Source of the DNA: Marsupella aquatica
Lineage: Eukaryota > Plantae > Marchantiophyta
DNA: 64,000 bases
Direction: 5' to 3'
NCBI GenBank assembly: GCA_973895155.1
Contig: OZ316894.1
Coordinates: 11,525,892 to 11,589,891, forward strand
The position numbers and the translations under genes are program-made. Below are positions 50,660 to 63,262 of the stretch, one piece after another; the first letter of the stretch is position 1, and every line of letters begins with the position of its first letter. The notes beneath the pieces are model-generated. The model ran no database searches. It was not told the origin of the DNA and saw only the letters and a list, made by a program, of their open reading frames with translations.

Positions 50660-51353
50660 CAAACCCAGAACCCCTACGTGCCCACAAATGCTCCACAAGA
50701 TCATTTCTCAACCTGAAATGAGAGTCCTTGTTGTGGATTTCCCTAGTGGCTTCAAGGTACTCAAGCCAAGGCATTACTCCATGCCTCATAGCTGGTTGGG
50801 TGACTCAGATAAGGTGTAAAAGCCTCTCCTCTCTCGTCTTCCAAGATCATGTTGTGCAACATCACACACACCATCAGAATGTTTGTCAAATTGGACTAAA
50901 ACCAAGATCTGGCTGGCCTTCCACAATCTCAAACCTAGCTTGCAGAACACCAAATGCTCTCTCAACATCTTTCCGAGCACCCTCCTGGCACTTGGCAAAG
51001 TGACATAATTTCTCAGTCTGTGGTGAGTGGATAGTGGAGATGAATATTGACCAATCTGGGTATATGCCATCCACTAGTAGGTAGGCTCGATTGTATTTGA
51101 CCCCATTCACATGGAAAGAAACGTTGGCCGTGTCATTGGCTAACCACTCATTCAAGAGTGGTGAACAATCCAACACATTGAGGTCATTGTTACCCCCTGC
51201 CAATCCCCAGAAAGCATGCCAAATCCATAATTCTTGGTTTGCAATTGCCTCAAGAATAATTGACTTGGTCTTATCCTTATCAGCGTACTGACCTTGCCAA
51301 GCTATAGGGCAGTTTTTCCATTGCCAATGCATGCAAACAAGAGAGCCAAACAC
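50660..51353 (-). pseudogene. Harbinger/PIF DDE transposase (Plant_tran), 5'-truncated and frameshifted
   Basis: GSLVCMHWQWKNCPIAWQGQY (catalytic D appears as V), WIWHAFWGLAGGNNDLNVLD, YLLVDGIYP, RKDVERAFGVLQARF, then CVMLHNMILEDER and NDLVEHLW in shifted frames. Confidence 0.9.
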
Positions 51354-51369
51354 TATATTAAAGATATTT

Positions 51370-51640
51370 GACCACCGCTATATTAAAGATCCTATTAATT
51401 TACAATATTATAGGTCTCATGTCACATGCATCGGCCAAAGTTTATGTGAATGGGCTTTTCACTAAGCCTATTCTACTAAGGCAGGGAGTCAGTCAAGGAT
51501 GTCCCATTGCTCCTCTGACTTATGCTTTATCCACTCAACCTCTGATGGATTACTTTGATGGAGATCTCAAGGGGGGTAAGGTGAATGGAATAAATCAACA
51601 ATGACCTCACTCTTTTTCATAGACTGTTTGCAGATGATCT
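51370..51640 (+). mobile_element. L1-type LINE RT fragment (central RT motifs)
   Basis: ASAKVYVNGLFTKPILLRQGVSQGCPIAPLTYAL followed by HRLFADD. Confidence 0.8.
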
Positions 51641-52029
51641 AGCCAGGGGTTTTAACCCCAGTCCAGAATCCTGCTTCTTGGAAATTTGTAGCAGAATGGA
51701 ACTAAATGAATTAGCTGTTGGACATGCCTCAACATAAAAAAACAAAAGTCATTTTCTGCATGAAATCTCCACCACAATGGCTGATTGATACAAAATGCGT
51801 AATGATTCCTTTAAGGCATGTATCCTGCGCCCCAGGGCAAAACTTGTCCAGACATTAAGGATATAATAAAGTACTTTTATTTAGAGGACATTCTGGATGC
51901 CATAATCCCCCCAAAACAAGAGCTTGAGTGTAGGAGGCTATCAGAACATGAACTTTATTCCTTGAACTGCCTATTAAATTTTTTTAGTACTTTTAGTAAA
52001 GGGCTAGGGGAACTTTCACAATTTTCACA

Positions 52030-52376
52030 ATAAAATTCTCTATTGTATAATGAATTTTTTTTAATTACCACAATGACATGACCGCAATCCTTGCCCCCCT
52101 ACATTTCTTGCCTTACTTGCATTTCCTTGCATCTCCTCTACATCTTTGGCTTGCCTTGACATTTTTGCCTGTCCTCAGCAACATCTTTTGCACAAAGTCA
52201 TCTTCTTTGCAAATGACATCTTTTGTGCAATGCCACCTTTTCTTGCATATGACATCTTTTATGCAACGATACTTTTCATGCAACAACATTTTTTTAGTAT
52301 ATGATATCTTTTAGGGATGACATCTGACACATCTTTTGCACAATGACATCTTCTATACGCCCGGGCATTGATCTAG
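52030..52376 (+). mobile_element. Helitron-like 3' end (non-autonomous)
   Basis: GACATCTTTT-type repeats ending in the GC hairpin GCCCGGGC + ATTGATCTAG|T at 52376. Similar to the end at 54048. Confidence 0.5.
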
Positions 52377-52755
52377 TAAAGTTATGTAAGCTAATTTGGT
52401 GACCTTAATCTTATATTTTATTCCGAATATTTTCTCTCTATATATTTCCCAAACTTAATGGACCTCACTCCCCTATCGCACTCAGTGCAAGCACATTCGG
52501 GCTTGTTTGTACTTTGGTAAAAGGAATGAAATCTTATTATAGAAACACCAATTGAAGCCTACTCTCAAGCCTACTCTTAAGGGCCTATGCGTAGAGTGAA
52601 GCCTCTAGACTGTAACTCTCAGCACAATCAAAACTGATAACAAGGTTCAATAAGGTCAAAAATTTAAATAAGTACATACAAAAGTGATATTTACTCTAAA
52701 TAATGACAAAACTTTGACATGAGTATGGACAGAAAACAAAGATGGCTAACCAAAA

Positions 52756-54048
52756 TCTACATCTATAATATTGAATCCCGCTCATTTTAGTCCTTCATCC
52801 CATTACAAAATTTATTTTGGGCAGGAATGAATGACAACCGTTAGATCTTTTGGGTGATTTTTTGTAATCATCTGATTATTAATTTTGTGGCCAAGGTATA
52901 CATAAACACATAATAACATTGCAATAGTCTAAGTGAGAACAAGAACAATTAATTGTTCTTGTTCTCACTTAGACTATTGCAATGTTATTATGTGTTTATG
53001 TATACCTTGGCCACAAAATTAATAATCAGATGATTACTATTTTGAAATTGTACCAGATTATCCTTTCTACTCTCCCAAGGGGACTACAACTCTACAAGGG
53101 TTCACTATTATATTATACTCATAAAAATACAAAGTTAAAGCATTATCCAAAGATCAGGGTAAAGCTAACAAGAAATTGGCATGGACCCAGGGAAAAAAAC
53201 GGGGAGGGCCAGATAAAGGAAAAAAGGAACAAAACTTGAGGAAGAGGAGAATGAAAAAGGTAAGGAAAAATAGAGAAGGGGATAAAGTGCGATGAATTTT
53301 TTCCCCTCCCATTTAAAAAAACAAGCATGTATTTATTTGTGTATTTAATATATTAATAATTTTAATTTTAATAAAAATTGCATCATTTTTTTGGGCGATC
53401 ATGCTACAACTTTGTGATGTAATGGTCAATGTCACCCATCTTGCATCTCCATGTTCTCACCTTCATCCTTGTCAACAATAACACATTCACAATAATGACA
53501 AAATGATAACATTTTTGCAACAATGACAAACATCATCAAACAATGATATTTTTTTATGCGGCGCATAGGGAATGAGTTTGCCTGCATTTTTTGTGTTTCG
53601 TCAACACTTTGCCTCACCTCAACATTTTTTTCCTCCTTTCAACATATTTTCTTTATCTCAACATCTTGTGCAATGCACAAACATTTTTTGTGTTCTTTAC
53701 CTCACCACAACATCTTTCCCTCACCCTCGACATCTTTCTCTCACCCTCTACATATTTTCTCTATTAGGCATGTTTTCTTTATCTTTACATCTTTTTCTCA
53801 CCTTGCCATCTTTTCTCTCCTCAACATCTTTTTTCCACTTTGACTTCTGTTCCCCACCTCGAGTTCTTTTTTTCACACCAACATTTTTTCTTCGCCTCAA
53901 AAATCTTTTTCTCTCATTGACAACTTTTTTCACATTAACATTTTTTCTTTACCTGAACATCTTTTTCTCTATTGACAACTTTTTTCATATCTAATGTTTT
54001 TATTCATTTTGACAACTCAACATCTTTTGTGCCAGGGCATTGGGCTAG
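52756..54048 (+). mobile_element. Non-autonomous Helitron
   Basis: 5' A|TCTACATCTATAATA at 52756. 3' TGCCAGGGCA hairpin + TTGGGCTAG|T at 54048. Inserted between A and T, no TSD. Confidence 0.65.
52864..53037. repeat. Perfect 174-bp spacerless palindrome
   Basis: 87-bp arms centred on ACAATT|AATTGT (52950/52951). The arms match to G52864/C53037. Confidence 0.95.
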
Positions 54049-54229
54049 TAACATATAAAAGTTATTGTGCAATATTTTTATTTTTCAAGGAAGGGGTCAT
54101 GGGACAAGTGTGAATGAACTTGCATGAAATTTGATTTTGTCTTGAAGCGTATCACGCCCGTAATAATGCCCGTATACCGTGCGAATTATGGCGTGCACTA
54201 AACCCAAAAATCTAGTCACCCGGGAGATA

Positions 54230-55480
54230 TATGCTTGATGGGCCCCCAGGTGAACCTTTCTTACCTGATGGGCCCCTAGGTAACTTTTTTTTACCAAGTA
54301 GGACCTCTCTTAATGACCAGTACACCTGTTCTTGTGTGGTGCCTACACCTGTCCTTGTGTGGTGCCTACTATGTACATTGACTCCAGGCAAACTGCAGAG
54401 TTGAATTGTGCGGTTGACCCTGCATGGTCGATCGAGAAATCACAGAGAGTATTTAGGAGAAACCGTGAAAAATGATTGTCGCTGTGCGGTTGACCCTGCA
54501 TGGTCGACCAAGAAACCACAGAGAGTATTCGGGAGAAACCGCGAAAAGTGATTGTCGCTGTCGAAATTGTGATTTGAAGACAATATGCATTATGTCTTCA
54601 GACTCAAAATTTGACCGATCGCGGGGTAGTCATTAGGTTTGCTTGTATGGGTTCTTTGTGACTGTTGGAACGTGTGGGAGGCCACCTCGGAGGCCACCCC
54701 TGCATGGTCGAAGAAACATGTGGGAGAAATAAGTGAAACCATGGAGATGATGTGGGAGAACTGCAAAAAGCTGCCGCCGCTGCCCAAATCGTGACTTGAA
54801 TACAATATGGTTTATGTCTTTGGGTTCAAATTTTCACCGTATCACGGGGTAGTCATTAGCTACGTTTTTCACGCGGTGTACATGGGTTTTTCACGATGTT
54901 TTCATCTGCGACTGTCAGCGTCAGTGCGGGGTACCTCCAAATGTCCACAAAGAATATTCAAGTTCAATGTTCAGAATTTGCCCACTGCCGTCACAACAAA
55001 AATCGCAAATGATTGACAAATGTGCTCGAAAAATAGTGATACTCCCCTGTGCAATGCATACAAACAATTTCAAAAGAAGACAAACCCAAAGGTGTCGGGG
55101 TACACCCTAAACCTTGAAACATGAGAAAACATAATCCATTGTGTTTTCAGGCATTAACCCATTGAATCCGAAGACATAATGCATATTGTCTTCAAATCAC
55201 AGTTTTGACAGCGGTAGTCGCTTTTCGCGGTTTTTCCTGAATAATTTCTGTGGTTTCTCGGTCGACCATGCAGAGTCGGCCACACGGTTCAACCATGCAA
55301 TTTGCCTGGAATCACTGTACATAGTAAGCACCACACAAGGACAGGTGTAGACATGATAGTAAGCACCACACAAGGACAGGTGTAGACATGATACCGGTCA
55401 TTAAGAAGGATCCTACTTGATTAAAAAAGTTACCTAGGGGCCCATCAGATAATAAAGGTTCACCGGGCATCGAACATATA
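54230..55480. mobile_element. Foldback/MITE-like element with ~350-bp imperfect terminal inverted repeats
   Basis: 54230-54600 is inversely matched by 55170-55480 (e.g. TGATGGGCCCCTAGGTAACTTTTT vs AAAAAGTTACCTAGGGGCCCATCA; GATTTGAAGACAATATGCATTATGTCTTC vs GAAGACATAATGCATATTGTCTTCAAATC). Confidence 0.8.
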
Positions 55481-55783
55481 TATCAGTCACCCGGTCGTCG
55501 AGAAGCAATCCATCAAGCAACGAAACAATCATGCGCCCTGTGAAAGAACTGAGGTGACAACACAGAAATCACGCAGAAAATGGCAAAAAGCATGAAAGAG
55601 GTGGCGATGAGGGTGCTTCTGACGGCTTCAATTCGTCGAGGGAGTCGGATCACAACGTGATGTGGAGTGGATTTTGGTCTGGACAGAATCCGTCTGCTGT
55701 GTGATCTAGCAATTCAATCGGTGGAGGGAGGCCGATTTGGAAATCGAACGGGCCACGAGGGAGGGCAAACGAGAGTTGGGACG

Positions 55784-58700
55784 ATGTGGTTGAGGGCTTG
55801 CAGTTCGAAGCTTCGCTTACTCCCCTGTCGTGGTAATTGTTACCGATTCCCAATCCAAATGGAGGGCTGAGGTCGAGTTGCATTTGTACATTTCACTATC
55901 TGGATTGCAAGAATGAACGGTGAAGAGATTGTTCGAGTGAACGAAGAATTTGGTAGTTTGAGCCAAGTGATAAAGTTGATAGAAGATGCCCATAAACTGT
56001 GGTTGAGGGCTTGCAGTTTGAAGCTTCGCTTACTCCCCTGTCGTGGTTATTACCGAATCCAATTTACAATGGAGGGCCGAGGTCGAGTTGCATTTGTATA
56101 TTTCACTATCTGGATTGCAAGAATGGACGATGGAGAGATTGTTCGAGTGAGCGAAGAATTTGGTAGTTTGAGCTGAGTGAGAAAGTTGATAGACTCTTTA
56201 GGCATCTTGACTGCTCAGGATTTGGAATTTACTATTAGGTACAGGGAGTTACGACTGAGAGGTTTAGGTTTTCCCTGAAAGAAAGGGGAGATGTTCCAGT
56301 CTTGAAAGATGCTGTTCTAGAAGAAGATTAAATTTTTAGCTCAGTTGGAAGTCTGGAATCTGCATGTATTTGAAGATGGGTGGTGCTTAGGAGTTCTTGA
56401 AGGAATTAAAATCGTAGCTTAGGACGTGATCGAAATCCACATGTGCTTGAAAATGGAAGTGCTCCGAAGAGTATTGGTGCAGTTTGAAACCCAGTCCTCT
56501 ACGCTGTTCTAGAAGAGTATGATATCTAGCTTGGAGTTTGAAGTCTAATATGTGTCATGCGCTTGAAAATGAAAGGTGCTCAGAAACAAGCTGTGGCATG
56601 GGTGAACACTGAAGCACTGAAATTTATAGCCCAAGGGGTGGGTGCTGTGGTGGAGGTCGACCGAATTCTGCCTTACACCCAGCCCAACGACGCCCGCCTT
56701 GAGCCGCTACTGAAGGTTCGGCAGCTATTCCGACTTTTGTAAATTTATTTGAACGTTTTAAGCTCCCCGCACCCTTTGCTTGTAATTGAATGTTTGAGCT
56801 CATCCGCGAATACTGATTAGTATCTCAGATTACCGGCAGAATGTATACGAGATGATATGTCAGTTTGTGTAGATCTATGAACTTCCTGCCCGTTTTATTC
56901 TTTGTATCGCCTTGAGCTGAACATCTACTCCAAAGAGCTGTAACGTACCCTTTACATTTTTGCAGAGAGCGAAAGAGAGCTTTGAGATGGCTCTGGAGGT
57001 AGAAAGTACAAATACGGATGCAATGCTATTTCTTTCGCGTCTCTATATGTACTACCACATACCGGGGACCTCCCCTGGAAGGTATCCTCTCCGAAGATAT
57101 TTTCTTAAAATCCTTCTCAGAACTTTAGGGCTTAAAGTGCTTCTACCAGAATTCACCTCTAATTGGGTCTCTGGTAGCGGAGAATGTCACGAATTTGTAT
57201 GAGTGACTGGATTACCGTTAGAAGTCCCCGTACTAATGATCAGGAGAGCTTGTCAGTGTTATTGATGTTGGACAGTCGAGAAAAGTAGGACCAGCAAAAG
57301 ATGCCCTGAAAAATGGCGCCATGTCTATGCAGTGGAGCTGTATTGTTACAGGCAGCTGCAGATGCAGGAAATCCTATAGCCCAATACGAGCTTGCCTGCC
57401 GGCTTCGTGCTGAGGTGAGGTCCTTGACGCACAAAATTGCTTTGCTCATCTACCCTTGTTGATGGCAGGTCTTCTCGCCGATGGGACGATCACATAACAA
57501 GAGTTCTCGGACACAATGTAACTATATCCTTAGTTATCGAATTAGACAGATCACAATCGTCTGCCTGCTGTCTTCGACTACAGGACTTCTTAGGGCCTCA
57601 TTTTCTGTGGTCGGGTGTGTTCCCAGGGTAAGATTATCGGTATTGGCTTGGATGGTGATGGCATGGATGAGAAGGCATTCAAATATTTGGAGCTAGCAGC
57701 GTGTAAGGTGCTTGATCCTTCCACTCATGTTACACGGTGTGCAACTCTAGACTCTTATCCTCTGTAGGACCAGTCACGGGCAAGGCTGTGTACGGTTAAA
57801 TAAACGATGAAAGTTGAATACCAGCAAAATGGAGACTAGATGTTCAAAAGAACAAGGATACGAGACTAGTGAGCTGGCATTTTTCCTACTGGAGGAGTTT
57901 TACTGGTGTATTTTAAATAGTTTATTTGTTAGTTCACAATTTCACTCATCGCAATTTTGCAATTGAGCTGTTATTCAGCCTGGAATTCTGGAACAAACAT
58001 AATTGAAATGTCTGGATGATTTGGTTAGCAATTTGTGGGAACTTCTGTATTCAAATCTTATTATCAGACGTGTGACCCGTTCAAATGCGCAGAAGCACCC
58101 GGAGGCCCTCTTCTTGATGGGTTCTATATATCTGGCGGGCAAGCATACCAAGCAAGACGTCAAAGCTGCTGCATGGTGCTTTCGTAAAGCTGCTGATCAG
58201 GTTCTGGCCGCGTTTTAGTTTATTTTGAAAAGTCGTCTTCGAGTTGGATCCTTAAGATTCTGGTTTTAAGATTACTATTGTAGATACTTACCATATGAAT
58301 GAACAGTGAATAAATCCACATTAAAGATACTGGCGCAAAGATTTGGCAACTCAAACGAGTGATACTCCAGGAATTCTTTATTTTCTCTGGATGAGTCTTA
58401 ATCCCAGAACAGTCAGTTCTCAAGCACATCATGCATTTCAATTGACAGTTGTGTCGTATCCCAGAGATTCCTTGGCCAGGCTCATGGAGCAGATTTTGAG
58501 AATTTTTACCAAATTGATTGTTACTGAAATGCAGCTTTAAATGATCAGGTTTTTGCTTCTTCCAATGGCAGGGGCATGTAGCTTCAGCAACCGTGTATGG
58601 GGCACTCATTGTCAAAGGTGTGGTCTTTCGCTTTTTATGTCTAGATTATTATTATTATTGGGACAATCATTTGATTCTTTATGCCACGTACTTTAATAAA

Positions 58701-59077
58701 AATTCTTGGCACAATAATGCGCATTGTGCATCCTGTTTCTCATTGGCTTTGGTATCGGCCTCCTTCCTACAGGCATATTGGCATCTGCACCGACACAGGA
58801 TCGTTTGGATGACCAATCCAAAAGAGCTGATGGGACCCAGCATGATGTTATCGGGCAATCAACTGTAAGGGATGATGAGCATATCTCTGAAGAGTTGGCA
58901 GAGTCTGCCAGACATTATTTTGAACTTGCCGCTGAATTAGGAGATGGACTTGCCCTTGAGTGGCTCAACAGGATCCCTGTTTCCGAGAAGTCCTCCCCAA
59001 ACCAGCTAGTGGAAGAAAAAAGTTCCTCAGATCGAGTAGATACAGAGCATGTCTCCCAGGATAAAGCGGGTTCATAA
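55784..59077 (+). CDS. Sel1-like repeat (HCP-like) protein resembling Arabidopsis At2g25570; exons 55784-55832, 56576-56715, 56966-57081, 57333-57414, 57627-57707, 58093-58200, 58572-58617, 58773-59077
   Basis: EALKFIAQG..EVDRILPY..NDARLEPLL, AKESFEMALE, AADAGNPIAQYELACRLR, AFKYLELAA, HPEALFLMGSIYL, AWCFRKAADQGH, YFELAAELGDGLALEWL. Phase-consistent GT-AG junctions. Start codon uncertain. Confidence 0.85.
55785..56193. repeat. ~213-bp tandem duplication covering the end of Sel1-gene exon 1 and the start of intron 1
   Basis: TGTGGTTGAGGGCTTGCAGTT...AAAGTTGATAGA occurs at ~55785-55983 and ~55999-56193. Confidence 0.9.
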
Positions 59078-61176
59078 CCACACCTGGTACAATTTTCCTT
59101 GTCGTGCACTATGTGTACTCACCTACAATGCCTTCCCAGAATATTTAACGCCAAGCGAAGCCTAACCATGTTCGTCAGTCTTTCATTTCAGAAATATCAC
59201 TTCAGTACGTGAAGTTGGCCTGCAATAGAAGTTCGGCTCCATCTTTGGACCCTTATTGCAGAGTGCATATGTGTTTTGTGAAAAAAATCTTTCGTAGAAA
59301 CTGTTGGCAGGTATCATTGAGCAATCTTTGTCTATGTATAAAGGCATTGAGTGATAGCAGCATTATTTCGTCTTCAAAGCAGACAGGAATTGGTAAGATT
59401 GCTAGACTGACCACCCATCTCTGTTTGTAGTCTTTGATCCACGCTGACGTGATCCGAAGTCATTGCCCACCCTCCTGAGCGACTTGAAGACTCATCAGAA
59501 GTAACGTGAAATTCTGTGATCTGGCCTTTCGTTCCTTGAGAGCGCTAGGGTTGACTATGAGGCTGTGCGTTCCGATATTTCTGGTAAACGTATCCAAGAG
59601 CTTTGCGCAAGAAGTGTCAATTCTTCGGATGGATTGAACGGCCCAACTCAGGAAGTGTCTTTTGATTTGGTTTCATCTTCGTCTCTTTTTCAAAGGGGCT
59701 TCAAAATGGCCGCTGATAGCCTTTTGAGCGGAAAATAGGTCTTAAATTTTGATGGTTTTTGAATGGTCTCCAGTTTGTATCTGGTGACAGAAGGAGTATC
59801 AGATCAAGGCATTATAAGTCAGATCGAAGTTTCTCACCATTGACATGGGCTTTATTATGAGGCCATCTGCATACACCAGTTCGGAAGACTGTCTGTTCTT
59901 TGTTTGCCAACACGTCGAAATTCCCGAGCAGTGACATTTTGCAAACTCAGACCGTGTCTTTCTCTTCCCAATTCGCCCATGGAAACGGGTAAGGATACTG
60001 AGCCTGAAGTCTGAATTCCTATTGCTCTGTCTCAGCAGCTGATGGGAAAGCGTCGGCAGAATGTTTAATGTCCAGCTTGAGCATAGATGGGCCCATAGTG
60101 AGCCTGGTAAGAGAAGATCCACCTGTCCACAGCGATCAACGACTGCGTCAGTCAATTTTCCATCGTCTCTTGATCAAAGGAGGAAATTGTGGGTGCTTCG
60201 TTAGCTGAGTGCAGATCATTAGCCTGCGAGATAATGTAGACAGGACCCTTACGATTAGACGACGAGCCATTGGTGATTAAAATGAAACCTTTCTGAGAAA
60301 CTAGCCGAACCGTCTATAATTAGTTTTCAGTTACTCTTTCATTTCAGTGCTGAAGGACCCGATCAAGTTCACGACCAGCAAACGATAGTTTTGACATCCA
60401 AAATGTTCAGAGAATTGTTGGATCGTCAGATCAACTCATGATTGCAGATTCCATGGAAGTGGTAATTCTTGAGCATGTTGTGGATGAATCTTGGATTCAA
60501 GTTCTATGACACCTACGCGAAAAAACCCGCCCATTTGATATGTAATTTCAATGCTTGATTGATGGGGTCAAGAGCATCTGTTGTTTCCTTCATATTTGGT
60601 GTTTGGTGCAGGGAAACTTGCTTGGACCAAGAGTGTAATCTGGCCTGCGATGAAATGCCTGGAAATCCTTCTACTAATTCTTTCCTAGTGGTGGTAGCTT
60701 TGACGTTAGTCATCTCAGGTTACACTCTGCTATGCTACAATCGTGCAAGAAAATCCTACGCGAAATGGCGCGATCTCCAGAGGCACCAGGCACAATAGTA
60801 AGGTGAACCCCCGAGCCATTTGTAGTGCAATCTGATCAATTCAGAGCTCTAATTGCACGCAAGAGTATTCCTCCAACGTGCAGAGAAACACTCTTCCATT
60901 CTGAACGAAAAACAGATTCCAGCCATGCCTTCAATGCATCATCCGCAGAGACTCGATTGTACGCAGCGTCGTCGACGCCTAACGGACGACGAAAGCAGAT
61001 CTCAGCTGCTGGAAGTAAGAGAAGTATTATGATGTGCCTGTTACTTTGTGGTATCGTGTCCAGTGGAGTGCCGGACATCACAGGTGCTCAATCGCGTGAA
61101 GCTATTGACTCCAAGGTGTTATACGGACGGGCAGTGCGACCGACCAATCAATCAATCCATTTGCTTTACTTGTGCT

Positions 61177-61965
61177 TTACATGAATGCTTCCATTCGGGC
61201 CAAGAGCCGGGGATTCACGTTCACCTTCTTCGGAGTTGTAGGGCCGATGGCGCCCGACAAGCTCCTTGTTCTGGCAGGACTCCTTGACGAGTCGAGAGTG
61301 CTCATGGCCTTCAGGATATTGGTCACACTCTCGGGCTTTGCATTGCCACCTTCCATCTCCTTGACGGTGTGAATCGTCGAGAAAGAGAGACTGGACTCCA
61401 GCGATAGGATCGGCTTCCGCGTATGATCCTCCGTCGCGGCCCTCTCGACCGACTGCTTCTTCAATTCGGCCTTCTTCTCTGCGTTTGCTGTCACCTCGTC
61501 TTCATCTGCTTCTTCCAAGTCATCCATGAGCTCGGACATGTCTATGGTCTCAGGCGGCTGCGCCTCCGCGACTTTGGCTGCTGCGTCGGACTTTGGCTTC
61601 GGCGATGATGAATCTTTAGTGTCGGAGGTCTTGAGTTTCGAAAGAATTTGGTCGACTTCAGACCACGGCTTGGGCACCATGACCGCAGGAACGTCCAGCC
61701 CTCTCGCCCTCTCGTAAAAGTCGTGCGCGGGGTCTGTTGTTGTGAACACTGGAGCAGATATCGTCCGGGCTGGGGCATTTTTGGATCCCGCGGCCGCGAG
61801 CGCTTTGAAGCTCTCGATTTTTCTCCTCTCCAGGTCTTCCTCAATCTCTTTCGGGAATTCCACGGTGATGTTTTGGAGTCTGCTCGACGTCAGCGGCACC
61901 ACATGCGAGACGTCAATGTCGTCCTCGTTCGATTTCCCGTTCGAGATACACATTGAGTTCCCCAT
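61177..61965 (-). CDS. N-terminal-region relative of the At3g28850/At5g39865 glutaredoxin-domain family; GRX domain not found
   Basis: MGNSMC (myristoylation/palmitoylation-like start), HVVPLTSS, PETIDMSELMDDLE, TIHTVKEME and NPRLLA match that family's N-terminal motifs. Single-exon 262-aa ORF. Confidence 0.7.
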   Translation of the reverse strand: MGNSMCISNGKSNEDDIDVSHVVPLTSSRLQNITVEFPKEIEEDLERRKIESFKALAAAGSKNAPARTISAPVFTTTDPAHDFYERARGLDVPAVMVPKPWSEVDQILSKLKTSDTKDSSSPKPKSDAAAKVAEAQPPETIDMSELMDDLEEADEDEVTANAEKKAELKKQSVERAATEDHTRKPILSLESSLSFSTIHTVKEMEGGNAKPESVTNILKAMSTLDSSRSPARTRSLSGAIGPTTPKKVNVNPRLLARMEAFM

Positions 61966-62446
61966 TGCGATGCTGAATCAGTTTCAATCAGTTAATTCAC
62001 GACCGAACGACCGACTAACTGAGCTGTTACTCCGAACAGACCAGTTTCGAAGGGAATTTTCCTCCCCTTGCGCCTCCTTTCCTCACCTCAGAAAAGTTGG
62101 AGTCTCTCGCCAGACACACCAGAAGAAGTCCTGGGCATCGCACCTGCAGCATGGGCAAGAGCAAGAGCGAAGACTAGGAAATGCCGATCAAGCAGCCTTC
62201 GGAGAGCATTTCGCAACTCGACAACTACCTGTGAAGTGCTGAGACTAAAATGTTCAGTACCTCTGCTGCTGCACCGCCGTCTCCTTCATAGATGCCCTCC
62301 TCACCGCTATGGCATTTCGCCATCACCGCGGAAATTTGGCAAAATTATTTACAATCACACGTCTAAAACATGTCCCCTGTAGCTGGAGAGCACAGGAAAC
62401 GCTTCCTTCTTACAACAAATCAGATAGTCACTACCGGGACACACAA

Positions 62447-62850
62447 TTTCCCAATACTTCGCTCGTTATCTGATGCTCAGCAGCCCGGCTCTGGAGACGG
62501 CGAGAGCGCGCAGTTTTGCCGCGCAGGGCACAACACCACATTCGCCAGCCCGCAACCTGCACTGCCAATGTCAACCTGCAGTCGTCACGTCTGTCTCACC
62601 GCTGCTACCAAGGCATTAGGTCAACATAACGCGACTTGATCCACCTATGTTCACAGCACCCAAAGCTTCGCTGCACCTGAATTCGTGGGGGGCAGCGTAA
62701 TTCATTCACCAGGCCTCCTCTCTGACGTTCTGTCCGCACACCGAGAGCTCCACACCGACCTGCACGAGAAAGCCACTCCAAAGCTGGACGACGTTCACAG
62801 ATCCTGGAGAGCTTCAGACTCACACGGATAATGCTAGCAGCAAACGCAAC
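62447..62850 (+). repeat. Diverged direct copy of 34474-34900 (distal GLYK leader)
   Basis: Shared blocks: TTCCCAAT..ATCTGATGCTCAG, GTCAACCTGCAGTCGTCACGTCT, CAAGGCATTAGGTC, GAGCTCCACACCGA. Confidence 0.85.
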
Positions 62851-63262
62851 GAAACACAGCAGCCGTTATTATCAACAGTCACCGACGACAGTGGCTCAAG
62901 CTCACAGCTCTGCGTATCTTTCTGCCGCAATTCCAATGCCATGAAGCAAGGCTGCACCACAATCATATATTCATACCATGCTCCCCAGTCTGAGAATTTA
63001 TTGGTGAGACCTCGAGTCCCAATCCAGTACATAGTACCAATCCAGTACAGGACAGCACGGTGAAACTTCAGAGCACTGTTACAGTACCGGTAATTCCTCA
63101 CGTGCGTGCACACGAGTTCACGGGAGTGGATTGGGAGACCGGTACAGAACTGTACCCACCTGACGATTGGGTTGGGATGAGTACCGTGCGGCCCTCAGGC
63201 CTCATCCATTTCTTCCTCCGTGGCTTGGACAGAATCTTACTCGTTGCTACTTTACTTTTTGT

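Larger units (their letters stand above)
47752..51353. mobile_element. PIF/Harbinger DNA transposon, right end truncated
   Basis: TTA (47749-47751) followed by the TIR GAGCATCTCCAGC. Myb/SANT-NAM ORF on + and a convergent DDE transposase on -. Confidence 0.88.
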
